From: the human T2T-CHM13v2.0 reference genome, Homo sapiens
Reading direction: 5' to 3' (one strand)
DNA length: 64,000 nucleotides
Assembly (NCBI RefSeq): GCF_009914755.1
Contig: NC_060939.1
Position numbers and translations under genes: made by a program. The notes beneath the pieces are model-generated. The model worked only from the letters and a program-made list of their open reading frames with translations. It was not told the DNA's origin and made no database searches. Of the stretch, positions 27,782-41,484 are shown in pieces. How positions within the stretch are numbered: the stretch's first letter is position 1; each line of letters begins with the position of its first letter.

Positions 27782-29689
27782 CTAAGGGAACAAAAAATAT
27801 TTGTGTCAAAGTTCTTGCTTATTATTTTATTAAAGATTCCATGATGTTAAAGTGGCATTTTTAAAAAGTATTACATTGCAGAGCAGCTAAAGGCAAGTCA
27901 TTTCAATTTTTTTGTCTTAGCTATAAAAATTCATTTCTAAATTAAATATTCTATATTCTAACATTCTTTGAAGACTTCTTTTCTTTTTTCCTAAGTTTTA
28001 TTTTTCCTCTAAATAAATATGAATTATGTCTCTGGAGTAAGATGGCACTAGATTAACATCCTTTAATATAGACTCTCATATCTTTCTACTATTATTGTCA
28101 TAAAGACATACAAGGACAAGGTAGGTTTGAAAACTGAGGAGAACAAATGTAAGAACGCATGCAAAAATTTATTAAGTATTTTAACAAAAATGGTGCTTCC
28201 AAATTTGTTAAAATTGGAAGTAATTTAAATGTTAACCAATGTCATATTGCTCTAAGAAAAACTCAAAAAACTCACCTTGTTGACTTGCATTTGATTTTGC
28301 CCCAAAGGCTGGCACAGTGGGTTCCCATACTTAAATTATGTTCTTGCTAATTTATGAGGCATTCCTTGAATACTCTATTCCCTCATATCAACCCATTACT
28401 CTCTATAATCTTCCTTGCTTTTTTTCTTCTTTCTAGAACTTAGGATTTCCTTACAGAATATGAAAAATTTATTTCTTTATTGTATGTTTCCTCCACTAGC
28501 ATTCAAGCCACACCTTTGCAGGAATTTTGTATGTTAGTTGCTTCCAGTGCCTACAAAACAATGCTTCTATACAGCATTATCAAGAGACTCAATTAATGTT
28601 TGTTGAATTAATAATTAGCAAATTTATACAATGGAACACCATTTAAATAATTTAAAATGGTGGTGTAAATTATATCGATCGGTGAAAAACATGTTATTAG
28701 GCAGACAAAATAATTCTCCTTTTGTAAAATTTTACGTACAAATATATAGGTATTTAAAAATTTGACACATATCTCTATCTACATTTGTATATATAAATAT
28801 ACATATATAGGGAACATGTAAATACAAATAAATGAATAAAGTCACAAAGGATATGAACCAAAATGTTAACAATAGTTAACATTTAATTGGGAAGAAGGAA
28901 TTAATTGGGAAGCAGAAATTAAAATGATCTTTATACTATGGTGTGTTGTGTTTTTGGTTTGGTTTTCTGAAATTTTTTTACAGTGATGATATATTTAATT
29001 TTCAATAATAAAAAAGGAAAGTTTAAAAAGAAAACCATTACAAATTATAAATGGTAAAAAATGAAATGGAGAACAAATTATAAGAGCAAATTTGTCAAAT
29101 AAGGGTTAATATAATTATTAATAAATAATTTTTGCAAATCAATAAGAAGAGGCTCTTACAGATGGATGAATGGGCAAAGATAATAACAATTCACAAAACA
29201 AATATTCAAAAGTTACAATATGAAAAATTTTTACTACAAGTAGTAACCAGAAAAATGAAATTAAAATAATACCATTCATTGGCCTATTAATTTCACCATT
29301 ATGTTCATCAAAGCAGCCAGACATAAAAGAATTAGCTGTATGTAATTCCATCCCCGTTATTTTCAAAAGACAGGAGAAAACAAAACAATAGGGTTTAAGG
29401 ATACCTTCATAAACAATAAATCTACAAAGATAGTGGCTACCTTTTGAGGACTGGGAGGTATAGTTTCTGGGGTGCTCACATGTTTTATTTCTGGATCTAT
29501 GTGGTGATTATGAAGGTGTGTGCTTTATGACAATTCATTGAGCTGTACATTTTTGTGCTGTGTTGTTTACTTTTTTCTATACGTGTTATACATTTCATGG
29601 TAAATAAATAATGTAAATGAACTGTTTAAGGAATATTAACAAAGTGCCTCCATTTGGACTAAAAAGTAGAATATGCCCTGATTTTTTTT

Positions 29690-30800
29690 ACCCCTGCATA
29701 CTGTCAGAAAGTAACCAATATTTGAATTTCATGCTTATAATTTCTTTGCTTTCATTTAGTGTCTTAACCTTAAATATGTATTCCTATTTGACCTACTTAA
29801 TTTTGCATGTTTTTGCATGTTTGCCAAACTCCAGATTACATCTCCCACTTATTTAGACCATGTTTAATTTCTTTTGATAGTTTTATAATCACTCAAAAAT
29901 ATGTTTATATTACTTGCCTATCAGTTATTTAGCTCTGCAGTACCTATAACTATGGGCCTCTTAAAATTTATTACTTTTATTGCCTCTGTTTTTTCCTGCT
30001 AGAATTTTGTCAATTTTGATACTCTTTTTAAAGCATCAACTTTTGACTTTGGTTATCCTCTCAATGGAATAATGTTTTTCTCAAAAGGTAGTCTTGTGTT
30101 AGCTTGACTTATTTTCTCCCAGTATTCGTGAAGAAGGGATTATTCTGCAGTCTCTGGCTTCCTCTGATGCAGTTGAGAAGTCAGCTGCTAGTCTGTCACA
30201 CCATCTGTCTTTTCTCTCTGCTGTTTGATGAGATCCTTTTGGCTTTAATATTCCACTGCCTCGCTGTGATTCTTCTAGGTGTGGATGTTTTCCCCCAGTC
30301 CTCCACTGTATCTGAGCCTCCCCATCTTTCATTAACTTTGTGAAGTTGTTGGGCTTATCCCTTTGAATATTTTCTCTTACCATCCCATTATCCCCTTATG
30401 GGACTCTGATCAGGTATTTGCCAAAGGCTGTATCCCCTTACACGTTTTTCAACTCTTTTGTCTTTCTGTACCTCATGTGGGGCAATCCCTTCAAAATTTT
30501 TCTTTTAGTTTGCCAGTTGTCTTCTCACCTGTGTTTAATATGTTCCTTAAATTGCCCATTGAGTTCCTAATTTTGATTTTTACATTTTTCATTGCCAGAT
30601 CTTCTATTTGGTTCTTCTAAAAAAACAAAATGGTCATTTTTATAGACAGCTATTTCTTACTCATATTTTAAAATAATTCTTTTATTTTTAAACCTACTTA
30701 TTATACTTTGCATCTGTAATTAAAGTTTCTAAAATCTTTGTGGATATGGCTCTGCTTTTTTATTTTGCCAACATTTTCCTGTTTCCTTGTATGCTTTATA
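29690..30800 (-). mobile_element. Ancient L1M (ORF1/inter-ORF region) remnant
   Basis: ORF 30099..30383 contains RLAADFSTASEEAR, similar to L1 ORF1p IRLTADFS..TLQAR; highly degenerate. Confidence 0.6.

Positions 30801-30802
<2 letters not shown>

Positions 30803-30831
<29 letters not shown>
30803..30831 (+). repeat. (TG)n microsatellite
   Basis: Direct reading. Confidence 0.95.
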
Positions 30832-30834
<3 letters not shown>

Positions 30835-32013
30835 AAATGTGATCAGTGAGAATCCTTTGAGATATATGTGACAGTGCACTCTTTAAGAGAGGATTTTAGT
30901 TTGTGAATACCAGGTATCCAGGGGTACTACCAAATAGGGCCCTCTTTAAACAAAATTTTCAGCTTCAAAAGTTTTCATTCCTTGAAGGTGGTGTGAATTC
31001 TGACTCAAGATTATGGTTATTAATACTTAAGCAAAAGTACTTTCCCCCCTCCATCTAGGGCTGAGACCAACAAAGACAAATATTTTTATTCTCTTCTTGT
31101 GTGAAAAATATTGCTCATCTTGGTTGGCTTTCTCACTGAATACGCATCTCTTAGAGGACAATGAGCTTATGCTGTGGTATCCCATCCGACTTCCTATCAC
31201 TGCACTGGACCTGGAAATTCTCTCTTTTAACCTTTATAGTGGTTTAAACTAAAGCTAAACGTACCCGAGGATTAGCAAATGCTCTTTCAGCCTTCTCCAA
31301 CCTGTCTGGAATTGTGCTCTCGTTTTGCTTTTTACCTCTAAGAATTTCTGTAAATTTCTTGTTAATTCTAATATGCATTATTTTCAAAGATAAATTTTAA
31401 AATAGCTTACTCTTTATTTGTAGAGAAATGAACAGGACTGATGTTCAGACTATTAGCCAACAAACAGGTAAACATTGGATTTGCAAATACCATTGAAAAT
31501 TGAATATTCAGTTTTGATAATGGGGGGAGTAAATGGGCATTCTTATACACTGCAAGATTAGTGTAAGTTGGCACTTATTTTATGGAAGGCAATTTGGCAA
31601 CATGTATCAATAATCTTAAAATGTTACAAACTCTTTAATGCAGAAATTATTTTAAAAATAATTCCTAAAGGTATGATTATAAATATGCACAAAATCATAT
31701 AAAAAATGGTCATTGAGGATTTTGCTGTTTCAATAAGCTGTAAATAACTTAAATGTCCCATACAATAGATTTGGCTGAATATATTATGGCATATATATAT
31801 GCAAAATACATTATGACATACATACATATGCCAAAAATTCATATATATTGTCAATGGAAAATATTTAAATTTTTAAAAATATAATCCCATTTTCTATAAA
31901 ATTGCAGATTTCTTAAAATATTTTGATCATATTTATTTTTTAAATTTCTAGAAAAACTTATATTTTACCATACCAAACAAAAAGCTCTTCTAAAAATAGT
32001 AATCAAAATGGCC

Positions 32014-32965
32014 AACCCAGAAATAAACCTAAATACTTACAGCCAACTGATCTTCAACAAAGCAAACAAAAACATAAAGTGGGGAAAGGACACCCTATGC
32101 AACAAATGGTGCTGGGATAATTGGCAAGCCACATGAAGGTGAATGAAACTGGATCCTCATCTCTCACCTTAAACAAAAATCAACCCATGATGGATCAAGG
32201 ACTTCAATCTCAGACCTGAAAATATAAAAATTCTAGAAGATAACATTGGAAAAACTCTTCTAGACATCAGCCTAGGCAAGGATTTCATGACCAAGAACCC
32301 AAAAGCAAATGCAATAAAAACAAAGATTAAACAGCTGGGACTTAATTAAACTAAAGAGCTTTTGCATGGCAAAAGGAACAGTCAGCAGAGTAAACAGATA
32401 ACCCATAGAGTGGGAGAAAATCTTTACAATCTATATGTCTAACAAAGGACTGATATCCAGAATCTACAATGAACTCAAACAAATTAGCAAGAAAAATACA
32501 AACAATTCCATCAAAAACTGGGATAAGAACATGAATAGAAAATTATCAAAAGAAGATATAAAAATTGCCAACAAACATATAAAAAATGCTCAACATCACT
32601 AATGATCAGGATAATTCAAATCAAAACCACAATGCAATACCACCTTACTCTTGCAAGAATGGCCATAATAAAAAAATAATAGATGTTGGCTTGGATGTGG
32701 TAAACAGGGAGTGCTTCTACACTGCTGGTGGGAATGTAAACTAGCACAACCACTGTGGAAAACGGTGTGGAGAATTCCTTAAAGAACTAAAAGTAGAACT
32801 ACTATTTGATCCAGCAATCCCACTACTGGGTATGCACCCAGAGGAAAATAAGTCATTATATGAAAAAAATACTTGCACAACTATGTTTATAGCAGTACAG
32901 TTCTCAATTGCAAAAACGTGGAACCAACCCAAATGCTCATCCATCAATGAGTGGATAAAGAAACT

Positions 32966-32999
<34 letters not shown>

Positions 33000-33345
33000 A
33001 GAGTACTACTCAGCTGTAAAAAGGAATATGACCTGGATGAGATTGGAGACTATTATTCTAAGTGAAGTATCTCAGGAATGGAAAATCAAGCATCATATGT
33101 TTTCACTTATAAATGAGAGCTAAGCTGTGAGAATGCAAAGGCATAAGAATGACACAATAAACTTTGGGGACACAGGGGGAAAAGGTGGGAAGGGGATGAC
33201 GAATAAAAGACTACAAGTGTGTGCAGCGTATAGCTCTTGGGTGATGGGTGCAACAGAATCTCACAAATCACCACTAAAGCATTTAATCATGTCATCAAAC
33301 ACCACCTGTTCCCCAATAACCTATGGAAATAAACATTTTTTAAAA
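32014..33345 (+). mobile_element. L1PB (L1PB1-like) 3' fragment containing a (TA)n run at 32969-32996
   Basis: L1PB-type ORF2 end (acagccaactgatcttcaacaaagcaaacaaaaacataaagtgggg) and 3'UTR (gcataagaatgacacaa...caccacctgttccccaataacctatggaaataaa). Confidence 0.88.
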
Positions 33346-34345
33346 AAAGAAACTATCATCAGCGTGAAGAGACAACCTATAGAATGGGAGAAAGTTTTTG
33401 CAATCTATGCATCTGACAAAGCCCTAATATCCAGAATCTACAAGGAACTTAAACAAATTTACAAGAAAAAAACAAACAACCCCATTAAAATGTGGGCAAA
33501 AGAACAAGAACAGACATTTCTCAACAGAAGACATTCGTGTGGTCAATAAACATATGAAAAAAGCTCATAATCACTGATCATTAGAGAAATGCAAATCAAA
33601 ACAGCAATGAGATACCATCTCATGCCATTCAGAATGGTGATTATTAAAAAGTCAAGAAACAACAGATAATAGCAGGGCGTTAGAAAAATAGGAACAGCTT
33701 TTACACTATTGGTGGACATGTAAATTAGTTCAACCACTGAGGAAGACACTGTAGCAATTCCTCGAAGACCTAGAACCAGAAATACTATTCGACCCAGCAA
33801 TCCCATTACTGGGTATATACCCATAGGAATATAAATCATTCTATTATAAAGATACATGCAAGTGTTATGTTCATTGCAGCACTAGTCACAATAGCAAAGA
33901 TATGGAATCAACCCAAAAGCCCATCAATGATAGACTGGATAAGGAGAAAGTGGTACATATATACCATGGAATACTACACAGCCATAAAAAAGAATGAGAT
34001 GTGTCTTTTACAGGGACAATGGATGGAGCTGCAAGCCATTATCCTCAGCAAAATAATGGGAAAGAAAAAACAAACACCCCATGTCCTAATTTATAAGTGG
34101 GAGCTGAACAACGAGAACACATGGACACAGGAGGGGAAAACACACACAGTGGGGGCAGTCTGAGGAGGGAGCAGGGGGAGGGAGAGCATCAGGATAAATA
34201 GTTAATGCATGCTGGCCTTAATACCTAGGTGATGGGTTTCTACAGGCACAGCAAATCACCATGGCACACGTTTACCTATGTAACAAACCTGTACATCCTG
34301 CATATGTATCCCAGAACTAAACTAAACTAAACTAAACTAAAATAA
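33346..34345 (+). mobile_element. L1PA (about L1PA8A-12) 3' fragment abutting the L1PB tail; (CTAAA)n tail
   Basis: [24 protein letters not shown]2 text; 3'UTR caccatggcacacgtttacctatgtaacaaacctg. Confidence 0.88.
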
Positions 34346-34674
34346 AGGGCCCTAGGGGAAAAAAGAAAATGTCAACAATAGATATGACTAGCCAAATATT
34401 TTTAACATGTACTACCCTCCCCGCAAAACAGCTGCATTGATCAAATTAAACTTAAAAGCATAAGAACAAAATTCACAAGATCAATAATCAAAGGCTAATA
34501 TTTTAGGCATATAAAGAACTCACATAAATTAATTTGTAAAATACTCATACCATCACAAGAGATAAACAAAGAGATAAAAATATTGTAGAGAGAAATAGTT
34601 TGTAAATCATTAGTCTCAAAAAAGTGTAAAATATTGTATACTATACGGGTTTTGATTTCTTAATTAACTAACTC

Positions 34675-35640
34675 TTTTTTTTCAACTTTTATTTTAGATT
34701 CAGGGGCTACATCTGCAGATTTGTGGTTTGGGATATGATTGATCCCAACACCCAGGTACTGAGCATAGTACCCAATAGTTGGTTTTTCAACCCACAGTCC
34801 TCTTCTTTCCTTTTCCATTTAGTAGTCCCCAGTGGCTATTGTTGTCATCTTTATGTTCATGAGTACTCATTGTTTAGCTTCCATTGATAAGTGAGAACAT
34901 GCAGTATTTGACTTTCTGTTCCTGTGTTAATTAACTTAGGATAATGACCTCCAGCTGCATCCATGTTGCTACTAAGAACATGATTTCATTCTTTTTTATG
35001 GCTAAATAGCATTATATTATATATATATATATACACACATACACATACACATACACACACACATATATATCACACTTTCTCTATCCAATCCATTGTTGAT
35101 GCGCACCTAGGTTGATTCCATATCTTTGCTATTGTGAATAGTGCTGCAATGAACATACAAGATCACGTGTCTTTTTGGTAGAACTTTATTTTCTTTCCCA
35201 GTAATGGGATTGCTGGGTCAAATGGTAGTTCTTTTTTAAATTCTTTGAGAAATCTCCACACTGCCTTCCACAGTAGGTGAACTAATTTACATTCCCACCA
35301 AGTATAAGTATACACTGTATACATTCCCACTTACAAATATACACTGTATAAGTATTCCCTGTTTTCTGTGGCCTCACCAGCATCCATTGTTTTTTGATGT
35401 TTAATCATAGCCATCCTGACTGGCATGAGATGGTAACTCATTGTCGTTTAGAGTTGCATTTCTATGATAACTAGTGATGTTGAGCATCTTTTCATATGTT
35501 TCTTGGCCACTTGTATGTCTTCTTTTGAGAAGTGTATGCTCACGACTTTTCCCATTTTTAATGGAGTTATTTTTTGCTTGTTCAATTAAGTTCCCTATAG
35601 ATTCTGGCTATAAGACATTTGTTGGGTGCATTGCAAATAT
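34675..35640 (-). mobile_element. L1PA (older, about L1PA15-16) 3' fragment, sense to WDR72
   Basis: Reverse L1 3' end (ttttttcaacttttattttagattcagggg) and reverse ORF2 C-terminal text. Confidence 0.88.
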
Positions 35641-37619
35641 GAGAAGACCTCTGAAGTGATGGCTAGAAGAAGGGTAAGAAGGTATGCATATAGCGTGAAC
35701 TGAGAAAATTTCAGAATGGCTGAAAGGTAGAATACGGGAAGGTAGAGAATGAGCTACACAGAAGAGATGAGGGCCAGGTTACATAGATCCGTATAAACTC
35801 TACTGACTACTAAATGCATTCTAAGAATAGTTATAAGTCTTCAAGGGGTATTTAAGAAAAGAAGTCATCTACTCACAAACTATAGCTGTGGTTTCTTCTG
35901 GATTACTGGTTAATCAAGCTGGCTGAAGGCAGAGTTCTGCCCTCCTATGCACTTCCACTTCCTCAAAGCTATAATCTCTGTCTCAGCACCTAGATCTCCT
36001 CAACTTCTGGGCCAATCAAAATCACAGCAATGATTCGAGCAATATTTCTTGTTCTCCTCTTATTATTTTGTGGTCCACACAGCCACAATAGGCCTAGTGC
36101 ACTGCCATAAGCAAAAATCCTAAATTTGTGTTCCTAAATATGGTCACCTTATCAAAGAAGCAACTGAATATTTTACATTATTTTAAAATCATAAATGTTA
36201 TTCCAAATTTAATTAACATACAACAGAGTTGGCTTCCATTTGAAAACAAGTCCATTAGAATATAAGTATAAATTGTTGCTATGTTTTAATGTATTAAAAT
36301 TATTAAACATAATTCCAGCTAGTCATCACTGTTTGAAACTTTAGGAAGTGTATGCTAAAAGTCTTATTAACAAAGGGCCTTGAAAACATAATGACTATCA
36401 TTTTGGATATAAGTAACACAGAAAAATGACAGTAAATGCCCATAATATATATTTTCTGAGTTTTCACATTTTATAGATTGGGCAGACACAATATTCAGTA
36501 ATGTTTAGCAAAGGCTGTAGTTAATATTAACTTTATTTTTATGTTACCTATATGCAATATATTTCACAGACAAAAAGTCTATTAAAAGTAGCATGCTAAA
36601 AGCAAAAATACAAATATAATTATGTTAATTTTAGGATGATAAAATATATCTAAAACATCATTCTAACGGAAGTGTCTTGGAAACATTCATTAATCTGACT
36701 GCAATTTTTAAAAGTCTAGAACAAGTAATTAAAAGCAAGAAGTATTTCATCCCATCTATGCCACTGCAAAAATGTGAGGAGTAAATACAAATTTTAAGTG
36801 ATTGGTTTACATGTTGTTTATAAAACACTATCTGATTGCCTGACAGATAATTCCCCAACATGTGATTTCCAGGTATTGCATCATAGACAAGGTCCTGGTA
36901 TTTTCCTCAAAAATCATCACTTTTACTACTACTCTCTGAAATCCCAGGTTGAGAAAAGAGAGAAGGTATTGTTTACAATTGGTAAAGCAAGAGGGTGGCA
37001 CTAAAGAACAATCCATTCCAACCTCTGAACTTTGGAGAGTTTGGGAGTAAAATAATGCTGATACATCTACATGTGAATGCTATAAACAGCAGGTGGGGAG
37101 TAGGCAAAGGCACACAGGGTTGAATTCTTTGTCTGGAGTACAAAGACTTTGGGAAAAGATACTGAGTCTGAAAGTCTGCAAGTAGAATCCCAGATGGCTG
37201 GCAGGCCAAAATTATTCCTCTACTACCCACAAGAGCCCAGAATAATTAAAACCAACGCCAATGACACGAAATGCAAACTGTAAGCAATCCAAAGTACATA
37301 TAAAAAGGAAAAACAGAAAGGACCAACTGTTCAGACAAAAAAAAAAAAATGTAATAGGTGTGAAAGTACAAGTCTAACACTTTTATCTGAAGAACAAAGA
37401 AGTGTACTGATTTATTTTCTTTTTCCTTCAGCCTACTATGTTCTTCTTCCTTTTCTCCCTGATTCAGAAAGACAAAATGCTTAAACAAGACTGGTTTTAC
37501 TCCTGGCTTTTGAAGGTAGAAACGTACTTTCTAGCAACATGTTCTGATAACTTCTTTCTCAAAACATTTTGGATCCCCCACTGAGTTTGTTGTGAAAAAA
37601 TTTGACCTGCCCAAGCTAC

Positions 37620-38396
37620 TGTTACCGGGGGTCCTTGCTCCCAAAGCTCCCAAGATGGTGGTGGGCAGCTTCCAAAATAGCGGCAGGCCACTTCCAAGAT
37701 GGTGGCAAGCCTCGTGTTCTCTGACCTGGGGTTCTAGGCCTTATGGATTACAAGGAATGGAATCTTGGGCCACGCGATGAGTGTTATAGCTCTATCAGAA
37801 GCCGTGGGTCACGGAAGAGAACCGTGGGACCCAGTGACTAGTGTTCAGCTCAATTAGGATGAACCAGGCACTTAGCCAGGCAGGAAAAATGACAAGCCTT
37901 TAGCCTGATTGGGAGCAGCAACGGGCACCTTGCTGGATCAGGAGCACAGCGGACACCCTGCCGGATCCAAGGGATGGAAGTCAGCGGCAGGTCTGCGAGG
38001 CGGCAAAGAACAGTGGTGGACGGCGAGCCAAAGCTCAGCTCCAGCCGTAACAAACACGGACCAGAAGAGTGCAGCTGCAAGATTTAACAGAGTGAAAACA
38101 GAGTTCCCATACAAAGGGAGAGGACCCAAAGGGGGTTGCAGTTGCTGGGCTCAAATGCCTGGGTTTCTATCCCGATCTTTGTCCTTCCCGCTGTGCTCTC
38201 AGGCAACAGATGATTGGCTATTTCTTCACCTCCTGTTGTTGCCTAATTAGCATTTTAATGAGCTCTCCTTACTATCTGATTGGTCGGGTGTGAGCTAAGT
38301 TGCAAGCTCCATGTTTAAAGGTGGAAGTGGTCACCATCCCAGCTAGGCTTAGGGATTCTTAGTTGGCCTAGGAAATCCAGCTAGTCCCATCTCTCA
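37620..38396 (-). mobile_element. Solo HERV-W LTR (LTR17), 777 bp, 4-bp TSD CTAC; sense to WDR72
   Basis: Minus strand begins TGAGAGATGGGACTAGCTGGATTTCCTAGGCC and ends GCAAGGACCCCCGGTAACA (TG...CA), as in the HERV-W/syncytin LTR. CTAC at 37616-37619 and 38397-38400. Confidence 0.95.
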
Positions 38397-40715
38397 CTAC
38401 TACAACCATAAAATAGATTGGGTAACACTGATGCTTAAATCTGCCCTCATCTTCTCACTTTTGTCACTTCGTACAGTAACACTTAATATAAATATTTAAA
38501 TACAAAGTTAGGAAATATAGGCAGCAGCTGCTAAAACATTTTAGATATTTCCTTATATTCCTGAATGAAGAATTTAGAAATTGTCTGATTTGACTCTTTC
38601 TCCTCACACTAAGGAAAAATGAGAGAGAGAAGGGAAATGACTTGTTCTAAGTTACCCATCTGGCAAATAGCCCAACCAAGATTCCCAAGTCTGTTTCTCC
38701 TAAGATGACATTATCCACTTAGATTCTTCAAAGAATGAAATAATATTTTTTATTTATTATTTTTAAAAGATACAAGGGTCTTCATTAGCTAAACATTCAT
38801 TTTACAATACACCACAGTCACTGAGCTGTATAAGGAAGGAAAAGTCGTCATCATGTGAAAACATTCACTAATGAACTAGTCACATATAAAATTAGTACGT
38901 AAACACTCCTTGCCTTATAACATAAAGACCTAGCCCCATCTATTAGACTTGGACTGGTTATCTGATGATGCAATTCAATTGTAGAGTAGATAGCAAATAC
39001 TGTTAAAGATGCAGGATTACACTAACAGTGATAGCAGAACTCTGAGTCATAACCAATGCCATTGACAAAAAACGATGTAGCAGAGAAAACCAGATAACTT
39101 GAGAAAACTAACTCAGAAGCTTCAAATGAAAAATGTTTTAATGTAAAGTGTATAAGTTAGGCCTGTGGAAAGCTTGATTATCTTTCAAATTCTTTTCTAG
39201 AACAAAACTCCTTAATATTCTTATTGAAATTCAAACATGAAATAAAGGATGACATATTGTGAACCATACTAAAAACATTTAATTAGAAAAAAAACACACA
39301 AAACTCACTTGATTCATTATATAGTCATTTAAAAAATTAGTGCCTAATTGCAATCATAAATCTATGTTTTTCTCAATATAAATAAGCTATACTATTTTAC
39401 ATGTTTAATTTCATTTTTAAGTTAAAAATAAAATACTTTTTAAAATCTCCTTAATAGTTCTCCACTCAGCTAACTCATCAGATTAATCTATGCTCTCCAA
39501 TCTCTCTGACCACCAGTATACCACTTTCTACTTTCTGCCTTCTACTCATAGCAACTGAGATACTTACTTTCTGGTAATTTTAATTCTCTTTGTTCTCAAC
39601 CTTCTTTTCCCAGTTGTGCTTATCACATTAATTACATATTTTAATAAGCTATGTACAATTGAAGAATTCTGTGTATATAATTTAGTTCCTAAGAAAACAA
39701 AGTTTAGTAATCTGAAAGACCCTATGGAATCTGCATTCTAGTTAATCTTCAAGTTTCTAAATTACTTCTACATTTTAAGTAAATAAAAACTATAAGTCAC
39801 AGCTGAAGCATTAGAAGTGTAGTTAATGCAAAGAAAAAAATTATGAAATTTAAACTATGAATCTATACTCAAGGGAAAGTACCTCCATCAAAAGGTTTAT
39901 AACAATGGAAGTTTTTCAAGTGAGAGATGGCACAGATGATATTAAAAAAAAGTTGACACCCATGTATTGAATACTATATTACTGAGAAATTATTTAATGA
40001 TTAGCCGGCATCATAAGTTTGACAGGAAAAGATAGTGTGATTTCTTGATGCGGAAAATTTTCTGAGAAACAAGTCTACAATGTAGATAAATTTATAACCT
40101 AACTTATAAGAAGTTAACTTTAAAACTTATGCCATAAAAAGGTAGAGAATATGGTACTTAGATACAAAAAGAAATTACAGTAGATGCTTACATCTTTGCT
40201 GTTAAAAATTTCAAATAACTAAATTTGTGTTATGACAAATTAACAAATTCTAAATATTTTGAAAATACTAGTTGATTTCTAGTCAAGATGGCAAAGTTTG
40301 GACTTTGAAGTAAACTAAATTTTTTAAATTCATACCAACAATAGATTTTTTTTAATTAAAAAAAAACTTAAAATGTTTAGCTAAGCTCAAAAACAAAATA
40401 AACAGCTTGGAAGACCACAAACGGGAAGAAACACAAAGTGCTAAGTGAAGTTAAAGTCACAGGCCTGCTTACCAACAAGTCTATAAGCAGATAATAAGGC
40501 TTTAGAGTCAACTTCTGAGGCTAAATGTCAGGCCATTGGCGGGTGGACAACCTAGAAAAATCCTAATCTAACTTTTAACTCAATCAACCCATCAGCTAGT
40601 TCACTGATTAGACAGACATACACCGAATATTAATGCAGTCCAGGTACCATTCTAGACTAAAGGCCTTGACAAGGTATGCAGACACCTACCTAAAACCAAC
40701 AGACAATATCAGCTG

Positions 40716-40769
40716 AGGAGAGAGACAGCGAGAGAGAGAGAGAGAGAGAGTGAGAGAGAGAGAGAGAGA
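40716..40769 (+). repeat. (GA)n microsatellite, imperfect
   Basis: Direct reading. Confidence 0.9.
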
Positions 40770-41484
40770 CATAAAATACAGCAAAACAAAAAACCCAAGA
40801 GAAAAAATTTTTCTCTAGAAATGAGCTTGCAAACCAAACTTCTATAACACAGGGAAACTAATACTCAGAAAGAAAGCTACAAATATAAAAGCTGAAACAT
40901 ATATTAACTCCAGATAAAATCAGTGCCACAGAAGGGACTGAAAATGTATTATTTATGACTATCAAAGAGAAATCAGAGGAATGACATTCATAAAAATGAC
41001 CACGAAGTTATGGAAGAAAAAAAAAGTAAAAATAAAATGAATAAAAGAGAAAGAAAGTTTTTAGAAATATTAGGAAAAGTATAATAATTATATTAAAAAA
41101 TATAGCAGGGGCAGAACTTCTAGGTTAATTAAGTTAGGTCCACTGAAAATATGCTCCTTCAAAAAGGCAAAAAGATCTTGAGAAATAACCAAAGCTTTGT
41201 GACAAGGATCTTTTCTTCCCTAGTAAAATGGCTGGATGTGAGTAAAAACAGTGAGTGTCCTAGCATTTTAATTTGCCTTATTCTCATTGCCCCTCTCTAG
41301 CTCCACAGTCTTGAAAATCAGCAGTTTGGCAATCATGGTAGCTATGAAAACCAGCAGCCTACCAGCCACTGGATCAGGCATATATGTTTGGAGACCCTCA
41401 AAAATCCGCATCCCCACAAAATTGGCAATATTTCACCTGCCTCCCAGCTCCCTGAGGAGTCCCATTTACCAACCTTATCATTAT

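Noticed and set aside
35286-35355. Small internal duplications inside L1 copies (also near 19778-19815)
   Set aside because: Ordinary slippage in neutrally decaying repeats.
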